Of a stretch of 64,000 nt of DNA, positions 48,894-58,677 are shown in pieces. The notes beneath the pieces were generated by a model. The model was not told the origin of the DNA, did no database searches, and saw only the letters and a program-made list of their open reading frames with translations. Where the stretch lies: NCBI GenBank assembly GCA_964644035.1, contig CAZXUH010000001.1:323712-387711 (forward strand). The letters run 5' to 3'. The position numbers and the translations under genes were made by a program. Numbering within the stretch: the stretch's first letter is position 1; the number at the start of each line of letters is the position of its first letter. This stretch comes from an uncultured Candidatus Saccharibacteria bacterium (GTDB taxonomy: Bacteria > Patescibacteriota > Minisyncoccia > Phycocordibacterales > DAORIS01).

Positions 48894-49913
48894 TTATGTA
48901 ATTGCTTTTCGTTCAGGCTTAAACCAGACGAGGGTTTTTCGGCGAAACACCATTTCTTTTATAAATTGCTCAAGGAATATCCATGCATTCACGAATACAA
49001 GGAAGACGTAGAGAGGTGAAAGGAGAAAAAGATCCCATCGGCGGCGGCGAATAGCGGCATATGCACCGATGAGGGCCATGAATACGAAGTAGCCTGCTAC
49101 GAAATTGGTGAAAAAACTTATATTAAGGAAAGGAAGTACAAAAAGAAGAAATGAGAATGTGATACCTTCGAAATACATCAATGACAATTCAAGAGCAATA
49201 GCCGGTCGGCTAATGATACCTCTCCAGTGCTTCATGAGGTTCTGCCAACCACCACTATTCCATCGGCGAAGCTGGTTTACATATGAATGGAGGGTGAACG
49301 GATCTTGGGTGTATACGATAGCCCCCTGTTCAAAATTGATCTTGTGGTAACCAAGGTGAAGCTTGTAGGTAAAGTCGAGATCCTCAGTAAGTGTATCGTG
49401 ATCAAACTTAATAGCATTTTTAAACGTTTCAGTTCTGAAAGCACCAGCGCAGCCAGGAATCACGAAGAGAAAACCAATATTGGCCTGTGCAGTCTTGTGA
49501 AGATCTTGACCGATAGTGTAGTCGATCTCTCGGCATGCAGTCAGCCAATTGTTCTTCATGCTTTTTACATATCCAGCAACTGCTGCAACCTTGGGATCCT
49601 TGAAGTGAGGAAGCACTTTTTCAACAAATCTCTTGTCGAGAAGTGTATCAGCGTCGGTACCGACGAAGACATCGCCTGTTACTTCCATAAGTCCCCTTTC
49701 CTGAGCATAACTTTTGTTTCCAGTTGCCTTGGCAAGCGTGACAACCTTGATCTTATTTCCAAATGTAGCGAGAATTGCACCAGTAGTATCCGTACTTCCG
49801 TCGTTGACAACGATAATTTCGTCGAATGGACGCGTTTGATTCAAGCATGAGTTGACGGTCGCTTGTATCGATCGTTCCTCGTTGTGAGCTGGAATAAGTA
49901 CGGATATTCTCAT
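48894..49913 (-). CDS. Processive GT2 glycosyltransferase (IcaA/PgaC/NodC-like)
   Basis: IPAHNEE, VNDGSTD, DAD, TED, QLRRW, C-terminal TMs. Confidence 0.9.
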   Translation of the reverse strand: MRISVLIPAHNEERSIQATVNSCLNQTRPFDEIIVVNDGSTDTTGAILATFGNKIKVVTLAKATGNKSYAQERGLMEVTGDVFVGTDADTLLDKRFVEKVLPHFKDPKVAAVAGYVKSMKNNWLTACREIDYTIGQDLHKTAQANIGFLFVIPGCAGAFRTETFKNAIKFDHDTLTEDLDFTYKLHLGYHKINFEQGAIVYTQDPFTLHSYVNQLRRWNSGGWQNLMKHWRGIISRPAIALELSLMYFEGITFSFLLFVLPFLNISFFTNFVAGYFVFMALIGAYAAIRRRRWDLFLLSPLYVFLVFVNAWIFLEQFIKEMVFRRKTLVWFKPERKAIT

Positions 49914-50080
49914 GAAATTTATATGAAAATTGTTGATGCAACCTACCACACAAGAGCATCTGCTGTCAAGCGTTTTCATACACAGACCATTAAAAGGTAC
50001 TTTAGGGAACCGTGGCTTACCTAAGCCCTAAATCGGTGGGAGGGCTTACTTTGGTCAAAAAGTGGTGTTAAAATGGATAT

Positions 50081-50524
50081 ATGAATAAAAATGTCACAAA
50101 AATAATCATTTTATTGGTAATTATTGGTCTCATTGCAGTCGGTGCTGTACTTGCTAGTCGCAACAATACTCAGGATTCAAATATTCCTGTCGACAATACC
50201 CCTGTTGCAACCACCACAACAACAAGTACAGATACAAATGCAACAAGCACTGCTACTACAACGACAACAACTGCTACACCAACCATCACAAAATATTCTG
50301 CAGCCCAGGTTGCCACACACGCCAACAAAGAAAGTTGCTGGTCAATCATTAGAGGTGATGTCTACGACCTCACAAATTGGATTTCAAAACACCCTGGAGG
50401 TCAGCAAGCCATTCTCGGTATTTGCGGAATCGATGCTACGAAAAATTTTGACGCTCAACACAAAGGACAAGGCCGACCAGAAGCTACACTTGTCACCTTC
50501 AAGATAGGAGTACTCGCTCAGTAG
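50081..50524 (+). CDS. Membrane-anchored cytochrome b5-like heme-binding protein
   Basis: VATHANKESCWSII.GDVYDLTNWISKHPGG..CGIDAT; Thr-rich linker. Confidence 0.88.
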   Translation: MNKNVTKIIILLVIIGLIAVGAVLASRNNTQDSNIPVDNTPVATTTTTSTDTNATSTATTTTTTATPTITKYSAAQVATHANKESCWSIIRGDVYDLTNWISKHPGGQQAILGICGIDATKNFDAQHKGQGRPEATLVTFKIGVLAQ

Positions 50525-50591
50525 TCAAAAATCATCGACATGTGGGTATCGTCTATGCTCATACGCAGTAATATGTGTATAATATGAGCAT

Positions 50592-50978
50592 ATGACTGAA
50601 CAACTCAATAAAAAACTTCTTATTATCGAAGACGATGATATGCTGGCTAATCTTTTGTCCAACCACTGTGTCTCACAGGGTTTTACGGTAGATATTGCAA
50701 GAGATGGCGAAGAAGGAATGAAGAAAATCTCAGAAATGAATCCTGATGCTATCATCATCGATATTGTGATGCCAAAAAAAGACGGTATTAGCGTCCTCAA
50801 AGAGCTTCACAGCAAAGAACCCAACAGCACTCGCCCAATTATCGTTCTCAGCAATTCAAGTGATATCAATCACGTTGCTACCGCAGTAGCCAATAAAGCT
50901 GCAGCCTACCTCGTAAAATCAGATCAGAGACTTCAATCGATCGTCGATACGGTCAAGCAAAAGCTTGGTATCATCTAA
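50592..50978 (+). CDS. Single-domain response regulator
   Basis: LIIEDD, DIVMPKKDG, LSN, YLVK. Confidence 0.9.
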   Translation: MTEQLNKKLLIIEDDDMLANLLSNHCVSQGFTVDIARDGEEGMKKISEMNPDAIIIDIVMPKKDGISVLKELHSKEPNSTRPIIVLSNSSDINHVATAVANKAAAYLVKSDQRLQSIVDTVKQKLGII

Positions 50979-50981
50979 GTA

Positions 50982-52337
50982 TTAAGACTTTTTATCAGGT
51001 ATAACAACCGTAAAGGTTGTTCCCTTTTCTGGAACTGAATCAATAGTAATATTTCCTCCATGCAGCTGAGCAATCTTTTTTGCTAAGTAGAGACCAAGAC
51101 CTGTACCATACTGTTGCGAATGTCGAGCCTTTTCTGTTCTGTGATAGCCATCAAATACGTGCTCTGTCTCTTCTTTAGACATACCAATGCCCTGATCACC
51201 TACGCTTACTAAGTGCTTACTACCCTGTTTTTTATACGAAACCAAGACCTCTCCGCCATTTTTTGAATATTTGACTGCATTTGAAATAAGATTTTCAAAT
51301 ACCTGACGTAGCTGTTCTCTGTCACCAAACACATTAGTATCTGTATCGATACTTGAATCAACCTTTAATGTTATTTGCCTACTCGATGCAGCTAGTTTCA
51401 AGCTCTCTGTAATCTCTGAAATCAGCGGAAGAAGTGGCCAACGACTAGGATTGAGTGTTACCTCCCTACCCGCTTCAAAAGCTGTGACACTCAAAAGATT
51501 ATTTATTCTACCAATCAGACCCACACAATTGTCATAGATACTGGTAATAATTTTATTTGAGTATTCATTGCTACGCTCAGCTTCTGGTTGAGAAAGAAGA
51601 TTTTCAGCTGCCCAGCGTATACCAGTGAGCGGAGTTCTGATTTCATGGGAAGTAATAGAAAGGAATTCTGCTTTTTGATCTATATATTTTCTTTCACGAT
51701 TGCGCACATATTGACCTATCGTAATAAGCAAAATAATAATGATCGTGAAAATAAGTGGCAAGCTGCTGTAAACAATCAGATCACTTATATAACCCTTAGC
51801 TGGAATATCCATACCGACAAGCGCTAGGACATTGCCAGAAGCATCCTCGAGCGGCGCATAGGCAGAAACCCATCCACCCCAACGATCAGAAGAAACCTCA
51901 AAACCATTTTGCTTGGTCTCAAAGATCTCATACATGATTGGCGTAGCCTCTTCATACAATTGCCCTGGCGGAGAGTAATCTTCAGACTCTGGATCCTCAG
52001 AATCAACATAGAAAAATAATGTACCTTCTTTTATACCATTGAGATAAATGAACCTGACATCATGATTGACTGCTCTAATCGAAGTAAGGAGCTCTTTAGT
52101 ACGAATGTATTCTGGCCGATTGAGATCGCTTTCACCTCCCTCGAGTGCCGTTATGTCACTTGGATTGATAGCTTTTGCCAACGTATTGACTCGGTCAATA
52201 AGATGCACTTCATTGACTCGATGTACGGCAAAGGCGACATAAATAGATCCAGCTATGCCAATAACTCCAAGAATACATACAATGACAGGATATATCCAAC
52301 GATTGTGGGCAGTGCCTTTATTGGGGAGCAACATCAA
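50982..52337 (-). CDS. Sensor histidine kinase
   Basis: Two TMs, SHEIRTPL, NLISNAVKYS, DQGIGM, GTGLGL. Confidence 0.92.
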   Translation of the reverse strand: MMLLPNKGTAHNRWIYPVIVCILGVIGIAGSIYVAFAVHRVNEVHLIDRVNTLAKAINPSDITALEGGESDLNRPEYIRTKELLTSIRAVNHDVRFIYLNGIKEGTLFFYVDSEDPESEDYSPPGQLYEEATPIMYEIFETKQNGFEVSSDRWGGWVSAYAPLEDASGNVLALVGMDIPAKGYISDLIVYSSLPLIFTIIIILLITIGQYVRNRERKYIDQKAEFLSITSHEIRTPLTGIRWAAENLLSQPEAERSNEYSNKIITSIYDNCVGLIGRINNLLSVTAFEAGREVTLNPSRWPLLPLISEITESLKLAASSRQITLKVDSSIDTDTNVFGDREQLRQVFENLISNAVKYSKNGGEVLVSYKKQGSKHLVSVGDQGIGMSKEETEHVFDGYHRTEKARHSQQYGTGLGLYLAKKIAQLHGGNITIDSVPEKGTTFTVVIPDKKS

Positions 52338-52348
52338 TATATTGTAAA

Positions 52349-54415
52349 CTATTTTCCAAACTTTCGCTTTGGCTTTTTCTCCTTTTCAGCCATTGGTTTC
52401 ATACCCAAAAGCGCCGCAATCTCGTCACGTAAAATAGCTGCTGTTTCAAAATCAAGCATCTGGACTGAGTCATCCATCTGTTTCTGTTTGTCTTTGATCA
52501 AAGCATCTGGATTTTGATTGAATCGTGCCATGTCAAAATCCATGAGAGTTTTAACTGTCTTTTGATGATCGGTGCGCAACTGATCGGTAATATCGTGGAT
52601 CTTTTTCGAAATAGTCTTCGGTGTAATACCATGTTCTTTGTTATAGGCAATCTGCAGTGCTCGGCGACGATTGGTTTCTTTGATTGCTCTTTCGAGTGAA
52701 CCTGTCATCACATCGGCATAAAGTATTACCCTGCCCTCTATGTTGCGAGCTGCACGGCCTATGGTCTGAATAAGGGCTGTTTCTGAACGCAAAAAACCTT
52801 CTTTGTCGGCATCCAAAATACCAATCAGTGATACTTCAGGCAGATCGAGACCTTCCCTGAGCAAGTTGACGCCAACCAAACAATCAAATTCTCCTTTACG
52901 AAACTTGGTCAGGATCTGAATACGCTCAATAGTTTCGACATCGCTATGCAAATACTCCGCCTTCATTTTTCTTTCTTTCAAAAATTCACTAAGATCTTCG
53001 GCCATTTTCTTGGTCAAAGTTGTAGCGATCACTCGTTGATCTTTTTTAATCACTTTTTCTGCTTCATCGATAAAATCAAATATTTGTCCCTTGTACTGAC
53101 CATCACCTTTACCCTTTTGCTCTATAGGCTTAACAATAAGCTCTGGATCTATAAGACCGGTAGGACGAATGACCTGTTCAGCTACAACAGAGCTTTTTTC
53201 CAATTCATATTTTCCGGGAGTGGCCGATGTATAGACTGTCTGACCAACTTTTTCTTCAAATTCCGCAAATTTCAACGGACGATTATCCCTCGCCGAAGGT
53301 AATCTAAAGCCATGTTCAATCAGCGTGTTTTTTCGTGATTGATCACCAGCATACATACCACCTATTTGTGGCACCGTAACATGTGATTCATCGATAATAG
53401 TCAGAAAGTCTGGATTACCATCTTTGTCATGTGGAAAATATGAGAGCAAGCTGTCTGGAGCTTCTCCAGGCTTTTTATTTGAGAAATGTCTTGAATAGTT
53501 TTCTATACCAGAACAATAGCCAACTTCTCGTATCATTGCTAGGTCGTATGTCGTTCTGCGCTTGAGACGTTCGTGTTCCAAAATCTTACCCTCCTTGCTG
53601 AGTTCAGCTAAGCGCCCCTCTAACTCATCTTTGATGCTTTTCATCACCCGTTCTATCTGATTTTCTTCAGTAATAAAGTGCTTTGCAGGAAAGAGAAAGA
53701 ATACATCCACATCGGCCAAGTGGGCTCTTGAAACCGCATCATACTTTGTAATTCGTGAAATTTTGCCTTCTTCTATATCTATTTTATATACCTCGCTTTC
53801 TGAAACAGGCATGATTTCAATGCTATTGCCCATAGCACGAAATGTACCCGAACTTAAATCAGCTGTCGTTCTTTCATAATGCACATCGATAAGTTTGCGT
53901 ATAAAATCTGCACGAGTAATTTCCGTGCCCACCTTGATCTTAATATGCACTTTTTCATATTCGACAGGACTGCCCAAACCGTAAATACACGAGACCGAAG
54001 CAACAATAATAACGTCTTTGCGCGTCAGAAGTGCCTGAGTCGACGCATGACGTAGTCGATCGATTTCTTCATTGATCTGCGCTTCTTTTTCAATATATGT
54101 ATCTGTAACCGGCATATATGCCTCAGGCTGATAATAGTCGTAATAAGAAACAAAATAATGCACGGCATTGTCCGGAAAGAATTCCTTGTATTCTTGAGCA
54201 AGCTGCGCAGCGAGGGTTTTGTTGTGAGCAATCACAAGCGTCGGTTTGCCCACCTTTTGTATGATATTTGCAGCCGTAAATGTCTTACCAGATCCGGTCA
54301 CACCAAAAAGTGTCTGGTGCTTATTACCCTTTTTAATACTGTCCATGAGTGCAGCAATAGCCTTGGGCTGATCGCCTGCTGGTTCGTATTTACTTTTAAC
54401 ATTGAAGACGGCCAT
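52349..54415 (-). CDS. uvrB: Excinuclease ABC subunit B
   Basis: PAGDQP, GVTGSGKT, FVSYYDYYQPEAY, DESH, NLLREGLDLPEV, QTIGRAARN. Confidence 0.97.
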   Translation of the reverse strand: MAVFNVKSKYEPAGDQPKAIAALMDSIKKGNKHQTLFGVTGSGKTFTAANIIQKVGKPTLVIAHNKTLAAQLAQEYKEFFPDNAVHYFVSYYDYYQPEAYMPVTDTYIEKEAQINEEIDRLRHASTQALLTRKDVIIVASVSCIYGLGSPVEYEKVHIKIKVGTEITRADFIRKLIDVHYERTTADLSSGTFRAMGNSIEIMPVSESEVYKIDIEEGKISRITKYDAVSRAHLADVDVFFLFPAKHFITEENQIERVMKSIKDELEGRLAELSKEGKILEHERLKRRTTYDLAMIREVGYCSGIENYSRHFSNKKPGEAPDSLLSYFPHDKDGNPDFLTIIDESHVTVPQIGGMYAGDQSRKNTLIEHGFRLPSARDNRPLKFAEFEEKVGQTVYTSATPGKYELEKSSVVAEQVIRPTGLIDPELIVKPIEQKGKGDGQYKGQIFDFIDEAEKVIKKDQRVIATTLTKKMAEDLSEFLKERKMKAEYLHSDVETIERIQILTKFRKGEFDCLVGVNLLREGLDLPEVSLIGILDADKEGFLRSETALIQTIGRAARNIEGRVILYADVMTGSLERAIKETNRRRALQIAYNKEHGITPKTISKKIHDITDQLRTDHQKTVKTLMDFDMARFNQNPDALIKDKQKQMDDSVQMLDFETAAILRDEIAALLGMKPMAEKEKKPKRKFGK

Positions 54416-54491
54416 ACAGGCATAGCCTATCAGTTTTTGAGGTAATAAAAAAGACACGCCAGTGTTGTATTGGCGTGTCTGAGATACATTG

Positions 54492-54704
54492 TCAACCCTT
54501 TTCCTTTTGCGGAAGTTGTCCGTATGCAGCTCTGTATTCCTCCAATTCGTCCAGTTGTTTTTTGCTGATCTTAGATGCTCCTTGAGTTGCAGAATGAAGT
54601 TCTTTGAGAATTTTGTCCCATGGTGCGTCGTCCTCCATAAGAATATCTAGATTGCACAGTGCACCTAAGACGCGTTGCCGAATCTTGTCCTTGGACATAG
54701 ACAT
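54492..54704 (-). CDS. Hypothetical small protein (cassette type) inserted between tgt and uvrB
   Basis: AAGGAG SD; own terminator at 54447-54480. Confidence 0.65.
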   Translation of the reverse strand: MSMSKDKIRQRVLGALCNLDILMEDDAPWDKILKELHSATQGASKISKKQLDELEEYRAAYGQLPQKEKG

Positions 54705-54761
54705 GACGAAACTCCTTGCTGTAGTTGATCCACCACTAGCTTATCGTTTCTACAGGATTAT

Positions 54762-56009
54762 TCAAGCCTTGTAATACCCCTTCAAAAAAGCATCCCTGAA
54801 TTCAAAAAACGTATCATCGAGCATGCTTTGCCTGATTCTTTTCACTAGATTGACTATGAAATACAAATTGTGAACAGATGCTAGAGTTGCAGCCAACATT
54901 TCGTCGGCTTTGAACAAATGTGAGAGGTAGGCTTTGGTATATTTTTTGCAGGTATCGCATGCGCACTTTGAATCAATAGGAGAAACATCATTTGAGAATT
55001 GAGCATTACGAATATTGATTCGGCCGTGTTCTGTATAAAGCGATCCTGAACGTCCCATACGAGTCGGAGCAACACAATCGAAAAGATCGATTCCTCGTTC
55101 AGCTCCCATAAACAAATCCATCGGTTCACCAATACCAAGCAAGTGTCTTGGTTTTTCTTCTGGCAATATTCCATTGACCCACTCTACCGCAGTACTCATA
55201 TCTTCTTTCGCAAAAGAGCCACCAATACCGTATCCATCGAAATCCATCTTTGCAAAAAATTCCGCACTCTCTTTGCGCAAATCTTCGTGACGTCCGCCTT
55301 GTACCACACCAAACAACGCTTGAGTGTGTTTATTATCTTTTGATTGGTGATAATCGAGGCATCGTTTTGCCCATCGATGCGTACGAGCGAGTGCTTCCTG
55401 CTGATAGTGGTAGCTCTCTACAGGTGACGTGCATTCATCAAAAGCAAAAAACATATCTGCGCCAAGCTTGTGTTGAATATCGATTGACTTCTCTGGAGTA
55501 AAATAATGCGCACTACCATCTATATGTGATCGAAACATCACGCCATCGTGATCAATGGAGACGAGTTTTGCTTGAGGAAATTTTGATGGATCATCTTCAT
55601 CACTTTCTGCTTCGGGCAAAAGCAATTCTTCTTTTTCATCTTTGTCACTTTTCTTTCCAAGCTTGGAAAGGCTTCTGTTTTTCCCATAAGCAGCGCCCAG
55701 AGAAAAGACTTGGAATCCTCCTGAGTCTGTCATAGTGGGACCAGACCAGTTCATAAATTTCCCCAGTCCACCAGATTGCTCCACAAGCTCTGGTCCTGGC
55801 TGAAGATAGAGATGATAGGTATTTGCCAAGACTACTTGAGCTCCGAGATCTTTGACCTGCTCGGTGGTGAGCGCTTTGACGGTGGCTTTGGTACCAACCG
55901 TTACAAAAGCTGGTGTTTCTATGTCTCCATGTGGAGTATGCAAAACACCCACCCTGCCAAGGCTATTCTTGAGCTTTTTTTCTATTTTAAAACGAATTGG
56001 CGATGGCAT
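54762..56009 (-). CDS. tgt: tRNA-guanine transglycosylase
   Basis: LANTYHL, TDSGGFQVFSL, VQGG, HLLGIG, FDCVAPTR, CACDTC..HN. Confidence 0.96.
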   Translation of the reverse strand: MPSPIRFKIEKKLKNSLGRVGVLHTPHGDIETPAFVTVGTKATVKALTTEQVKDLGAQVVLANTYHLYLQPGPELVEQSGGLGKFMNWSGPTMTDSGGFQVFSLGAAYGKNRSLSKLGKKSDKDEKEELLLPEAESDEDDPSKFPQAKLVSIDHDGVMFRSHIDGSAHYFTPEKSIDIQHKLGADMFFAFDECTSPVESYHYQQEALARTHRWAKRCLDYHQSKDNKHTQALFGVVQGGRHEDLRKESAEFFAKMDFDGYGIGGSFAKEDMSTAVEWVNGILPEEKPRHLLGIGEPMDLFMGAERGIDLFDCVAPTRMGRSGSLYTEHGRINIRNAQFSNDVSPIDSKCACDTCKKYTKAYLSHLFKADEMLAATLASVHNLYFIVNLVKRIRQSMLDDTFFEFRDAFLKGYYKA

Positions 56010-56051
56010 TACAATTCCAGCTTATATCAAAAATCAATATATAGAAAGGAA

Positions 56052-56107
56052 AACCCTCTCCTGGCAAGGAGAGGGTTGATTTGAGCGAAGCGAAAGCGAG
56101 GTGAGGT
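56052..56107. repeat. REP-like palindromic element
   Basis: AACCCTCTCCTGGCAAGGAGAGGGTT..GAGCGAAGCGAAAGCGAGGTGAGGT. Confidence 0.55.
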
Positions 56108-56113
56108 GATGTT

Positions 56114-56623
56114 CTATTGAACCCCCAAAAGTTCTACATCAAACAAAAGAGTTGATCCGCCTGGTATTGAGTGATAATCCTCCATACCATAGCCAAGTTC
56201 TGGCGGAACGCTGAGCTTGCGCTTGCCACCAACCTTCATTCCTTCGACACCCTGATCCCAACCAGCGATAACCCTGCCAGCGCCGAGCGGAAAGGTAAAA
56301 GGTTCACCACGAGAGACCGATGAATCAAATATCTGTCCATTGGGAAATCTCCCCGTATAATGCACAGTGACGTTTTTGCCAGCTGTGGCTGTTGCCCCCG
56401 TACCGACGACAACATCTTCTATTTTTAGACCTTCGCTTGGTTGTGATGGCTGTGAATTGTTCATATTTGTGTTATTTACGCTTGTATTTGCCGAATTTGA
56501 AGCTGCAGACTCCAGATCGGCGTTAAAATTGCTTATTCTGGTGGTATCCTGTGACCTATTGATAAAATACTGAACTCCGAAGAGCACAGTCAGTACAATA
56601 ATGACTATAACGACATACTTCAT
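56114..56623 (-). CDS. FKBP-type peptidyl-prolyl isomerase, membrane anchored
   Basis: VTVHYTG, FDSS, VIAGWDQG, PPELGYG, IPGGSTLLFDVEL. Confidence 0.93.
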   Translation of the reverse strand: MKYVVIVIIVLTVLFGVQYFINRSQDTTRISNFNADLESAASNSANTSVNNTNMNNSQPSQPSEGLKIEDVVVGTGATATAGKNVTVHYTGRFPNGQIFDSSVSRGEPFTFPLGAGRVIAGWDQGVEGMKVGGKRKLSVPPELGYGMEDYHSIPGGSTLLFDVELLGVQ

Positions 56624-56653
56624 ATATGCTAGTATATATTGAAAGACAATTTT

Positions 56654-57424
56654 ATGACAAATCAAGATACTAGCGATTTGAAGACTGAAAAGCCACCGGT
56701 ACCAGAAGAAAGAAGCGAACCAAGGCCAGTAACCCTCAAGGAAGTCGAGGATGAAATACAAAAGCGCGTTTCATTTATTGATCATGAATTCATCGAAGGA
56801 TTCAATCTCATCAAACACCTGCCAAAATCCGTAACTTGCTACGGTTCGGCACGGGTGATGGAAGATAGTGAATCGTACAACAAAGCTCGCTCTATCGGTG
56901 CTAAACTCGCAAAACTTGGGTATACGATTATTACTGGCGGCGGAGGTGGAATCATGGAAGCCGCAAGTCGTGGTGCGTATGACGTTGGCGGACGATCTGT
57001 TGGACTCAACATTCAATTACCCCACGAGCAACATCCCAATCCATACCTTAGTCATGAAATGCGTTTCTATTACTTCTTCACACGCAAAGTCATGCTTTCG
57101 TTTTCGGCTGAAGCGTATATATTTTTCCCTGGCGGATTTGGCACGCTCGATGAATTCTTCGAAATCCTCACCCTAGTCCAGACTGAAAAAATCGAAAAGG
57201 TTCCCATCTTTCTTGTTGGTAAAAACTATTGGAGCAAGCTTCAGTCATTTATCGATGAAACACTTTGTAAGGAATTCAAAACGATCGATCCTGCAGACAT
57301 GAATCTGTATACTATTACTGACGACGAAGATATGATTATGGATGTAATCCAAAAGGCTCCAGTACGCAACGGTATCCGTCTCCACTTCAAGTTTGACGAG
57401 CCCACACAACCTACCAACAATTAG
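56654..57424 (+). CDS. LOG family (TIGR00730-like) protein
   Basis: YGSAR, TGGGGGIMEAA, FFTRKVM, FPGGFGTLDE. Confidence 0.9.
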   Translation: MTNQDTSDLKTEKPPVPEERSEPRPVTLKEVEDEIQKRVSFIDHEFIEGFNLIKHLPKSVTCYGSARVMEDSESYNKARSIGAKLAKLGYTIITGGGGGIMEAASRGAYDVGGRSVGLNIQLPHEQHPNPYLSHEMRFYYFFTRKVMLSFSAEAYIFFPGGFGTLDEFFEILTLVQTEKIEKVPIFLVGKNYWSKLQSFIDETLCKEFKTIDPADMNLYTITDDEDMIMDVIQKAPVRNGIRLHFKFDEPTQPTNN

Positions 57425-57877
57425 TTATCTACTGACTGATAATGTTCCTGAGGCCACTTCGGTACCTGGAGCAGAAATAGTTACACGTCCTGTCACAGAA
57501 TCTTGGATTATTGTATAGCCAGAATCATAATCAGTTACAGAAGAGAATCTTCCTGCTTTTGGATCAATTGGCAACGTCGATACATATGTTGGTACGAGAC
57601 AATCATGGATGTTGTACCCTCCTGATTTAATAGCGACTGTCGAAGTCGGTAGGGCTCCGGCAGCACAACCTTCATCAAATAACCCTTTATGGTCGGCAAT
57701 TCTCTCTCCTACCGCATTGAGCAGTGTATTGATATGCGACACTCGCTGCGTATCTCGAGCTTGAGCAAATTGCCGCGCAGGATTGATAGCCACAAGCACC
57801 ACAGTCGCCAATATGGCGATAATACCCATCACCAACAACACTTCTATTAGAGTAAATCCTTTTTTATTTTTATTCAT
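57425..57877 (-). CDS. Type IV major pilin-like protein
   Basis: KKGFTLIEVLLVMGIIAILA..ARDTQR..LPIDP. Confidence 0.92.
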   Translation of the reverse strand: MNKNKKGFTLIEVLLVMGIIAILATVVLVAINPARQFAQARDTQRVSHINTLLNAVGERIADHKGLFDEGCAAGALPTSTVAIKSGGYNIHDCLVPTYVSTLPIDPKAGRFSSVTDYDSGYTIIQDSVTGRVTISAPGTEVASGTLSVSR

Positions 57878-57951
57878 ATACTTGTATTTATTACTAATGG
57901 CACAAGTATAAATAATTAGGTATGAAATTCTGCTTCAAAAAGTATAAAGAC

Positions 57952-58338
57952 TTACTCAAATGAAAATGAAATGAGTTTCAAATTTGCATTATCAAATGTT
58001 GCACGGGCAGATACATACACATACTGAGAACTGTCTGTGATATACATTGTCGTAATAGTATTTGTTGTAGATACTGATTGTAGAGTGCAGGAACCATCGC
58101 CATTTTTAATAGCTTTTGGAAAACGTCGTAACCCATTTATATACCTAATAAAAGCTGCTGACATACAAGCTCTTAGGGTTATTTCAGATTCAATACGACT
58201 ACGCTCTCTAACAATCTGTTCTTCCATATGATAAAGCTGTAATTGGGCAGTGGTAAGAAAAACCAACAATATTGCCGCAATAGTACATACAGCCATGATT
58301 ACTACTACACCTTTTTTATTTGCAGCCGGAATAATCAT
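57952..58338 (-). CDS. Minor pilin (PilX-like)
   Basis: KKGVVVIMA hydrophobic N-terminus lacking E5; inside the pilus cluster. Confidence 0.55.
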   Translation of the reverse strand: MIIPAANKKGVVVIMAVCTIAAILLVFLTTAQLQLYHMEEQIVRERSRIESEITLRACMSAAFIRYINGLRRFPKAIKNGDGSCTLQSVSTTNTITTMYITDSSQYVYVSARATFDNANLKLISFSFE

Positions 58339-58676
58339 TTTTGAAAAGAGCTAAAAATAAAATCTTTATTGCCTATTTTAAAACTACATATTGTTTTCTT
58401 TTCAAATCCAAAAAGTTCTTGTTCTGAGCATGAAAAATCTTTAATATCATCTGAAAATAAAACAGGTGCTATGCCTCGATCCAATAATTTCCCAAGTATA
58501 TGAGCACTGGATATTCCTTGGCTTAAAACTTGAATTAAAATTCTAGAGTGGTGAATATTTTTATTGATAATGCCAGCAACGTTGAAAAAACTCGCAAGCA
58601 ATAGTGAGAGCAGAGCGATGACCAACATAACCTCAAAAAGTGAAAATCCTCTTTGTTTTTGATTATTTGAGAGCAT
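58335..58676 (-). CDS. Minor pilin
   Basis: QRGFSLFEVMLVIALL. Confidence 0.8.
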   Translation of the reverse strand: MLSNNQKQRGFSLFEVMLVIALLSLLLASFFNVAGIINKNIHHSRILIQVLSQGISSAHILGKLLDRGIAPVLFSDDIKDFSCSEQELFGFEKKTICSFKIGNKDFIFSSFQK

Positions 58677-58677
58677 A

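Noticed and set aside
50200-50290. ACA/ACT-rich repeat
   Set aside because: It encodes the Thr-rich linker of the cytochrome b5-like protein.
55590-55690. Charged insertion in tgt as an intron or intein
   Set aside because: It is short, in frame, has no splicing motifs, and is most likely a variable loop.
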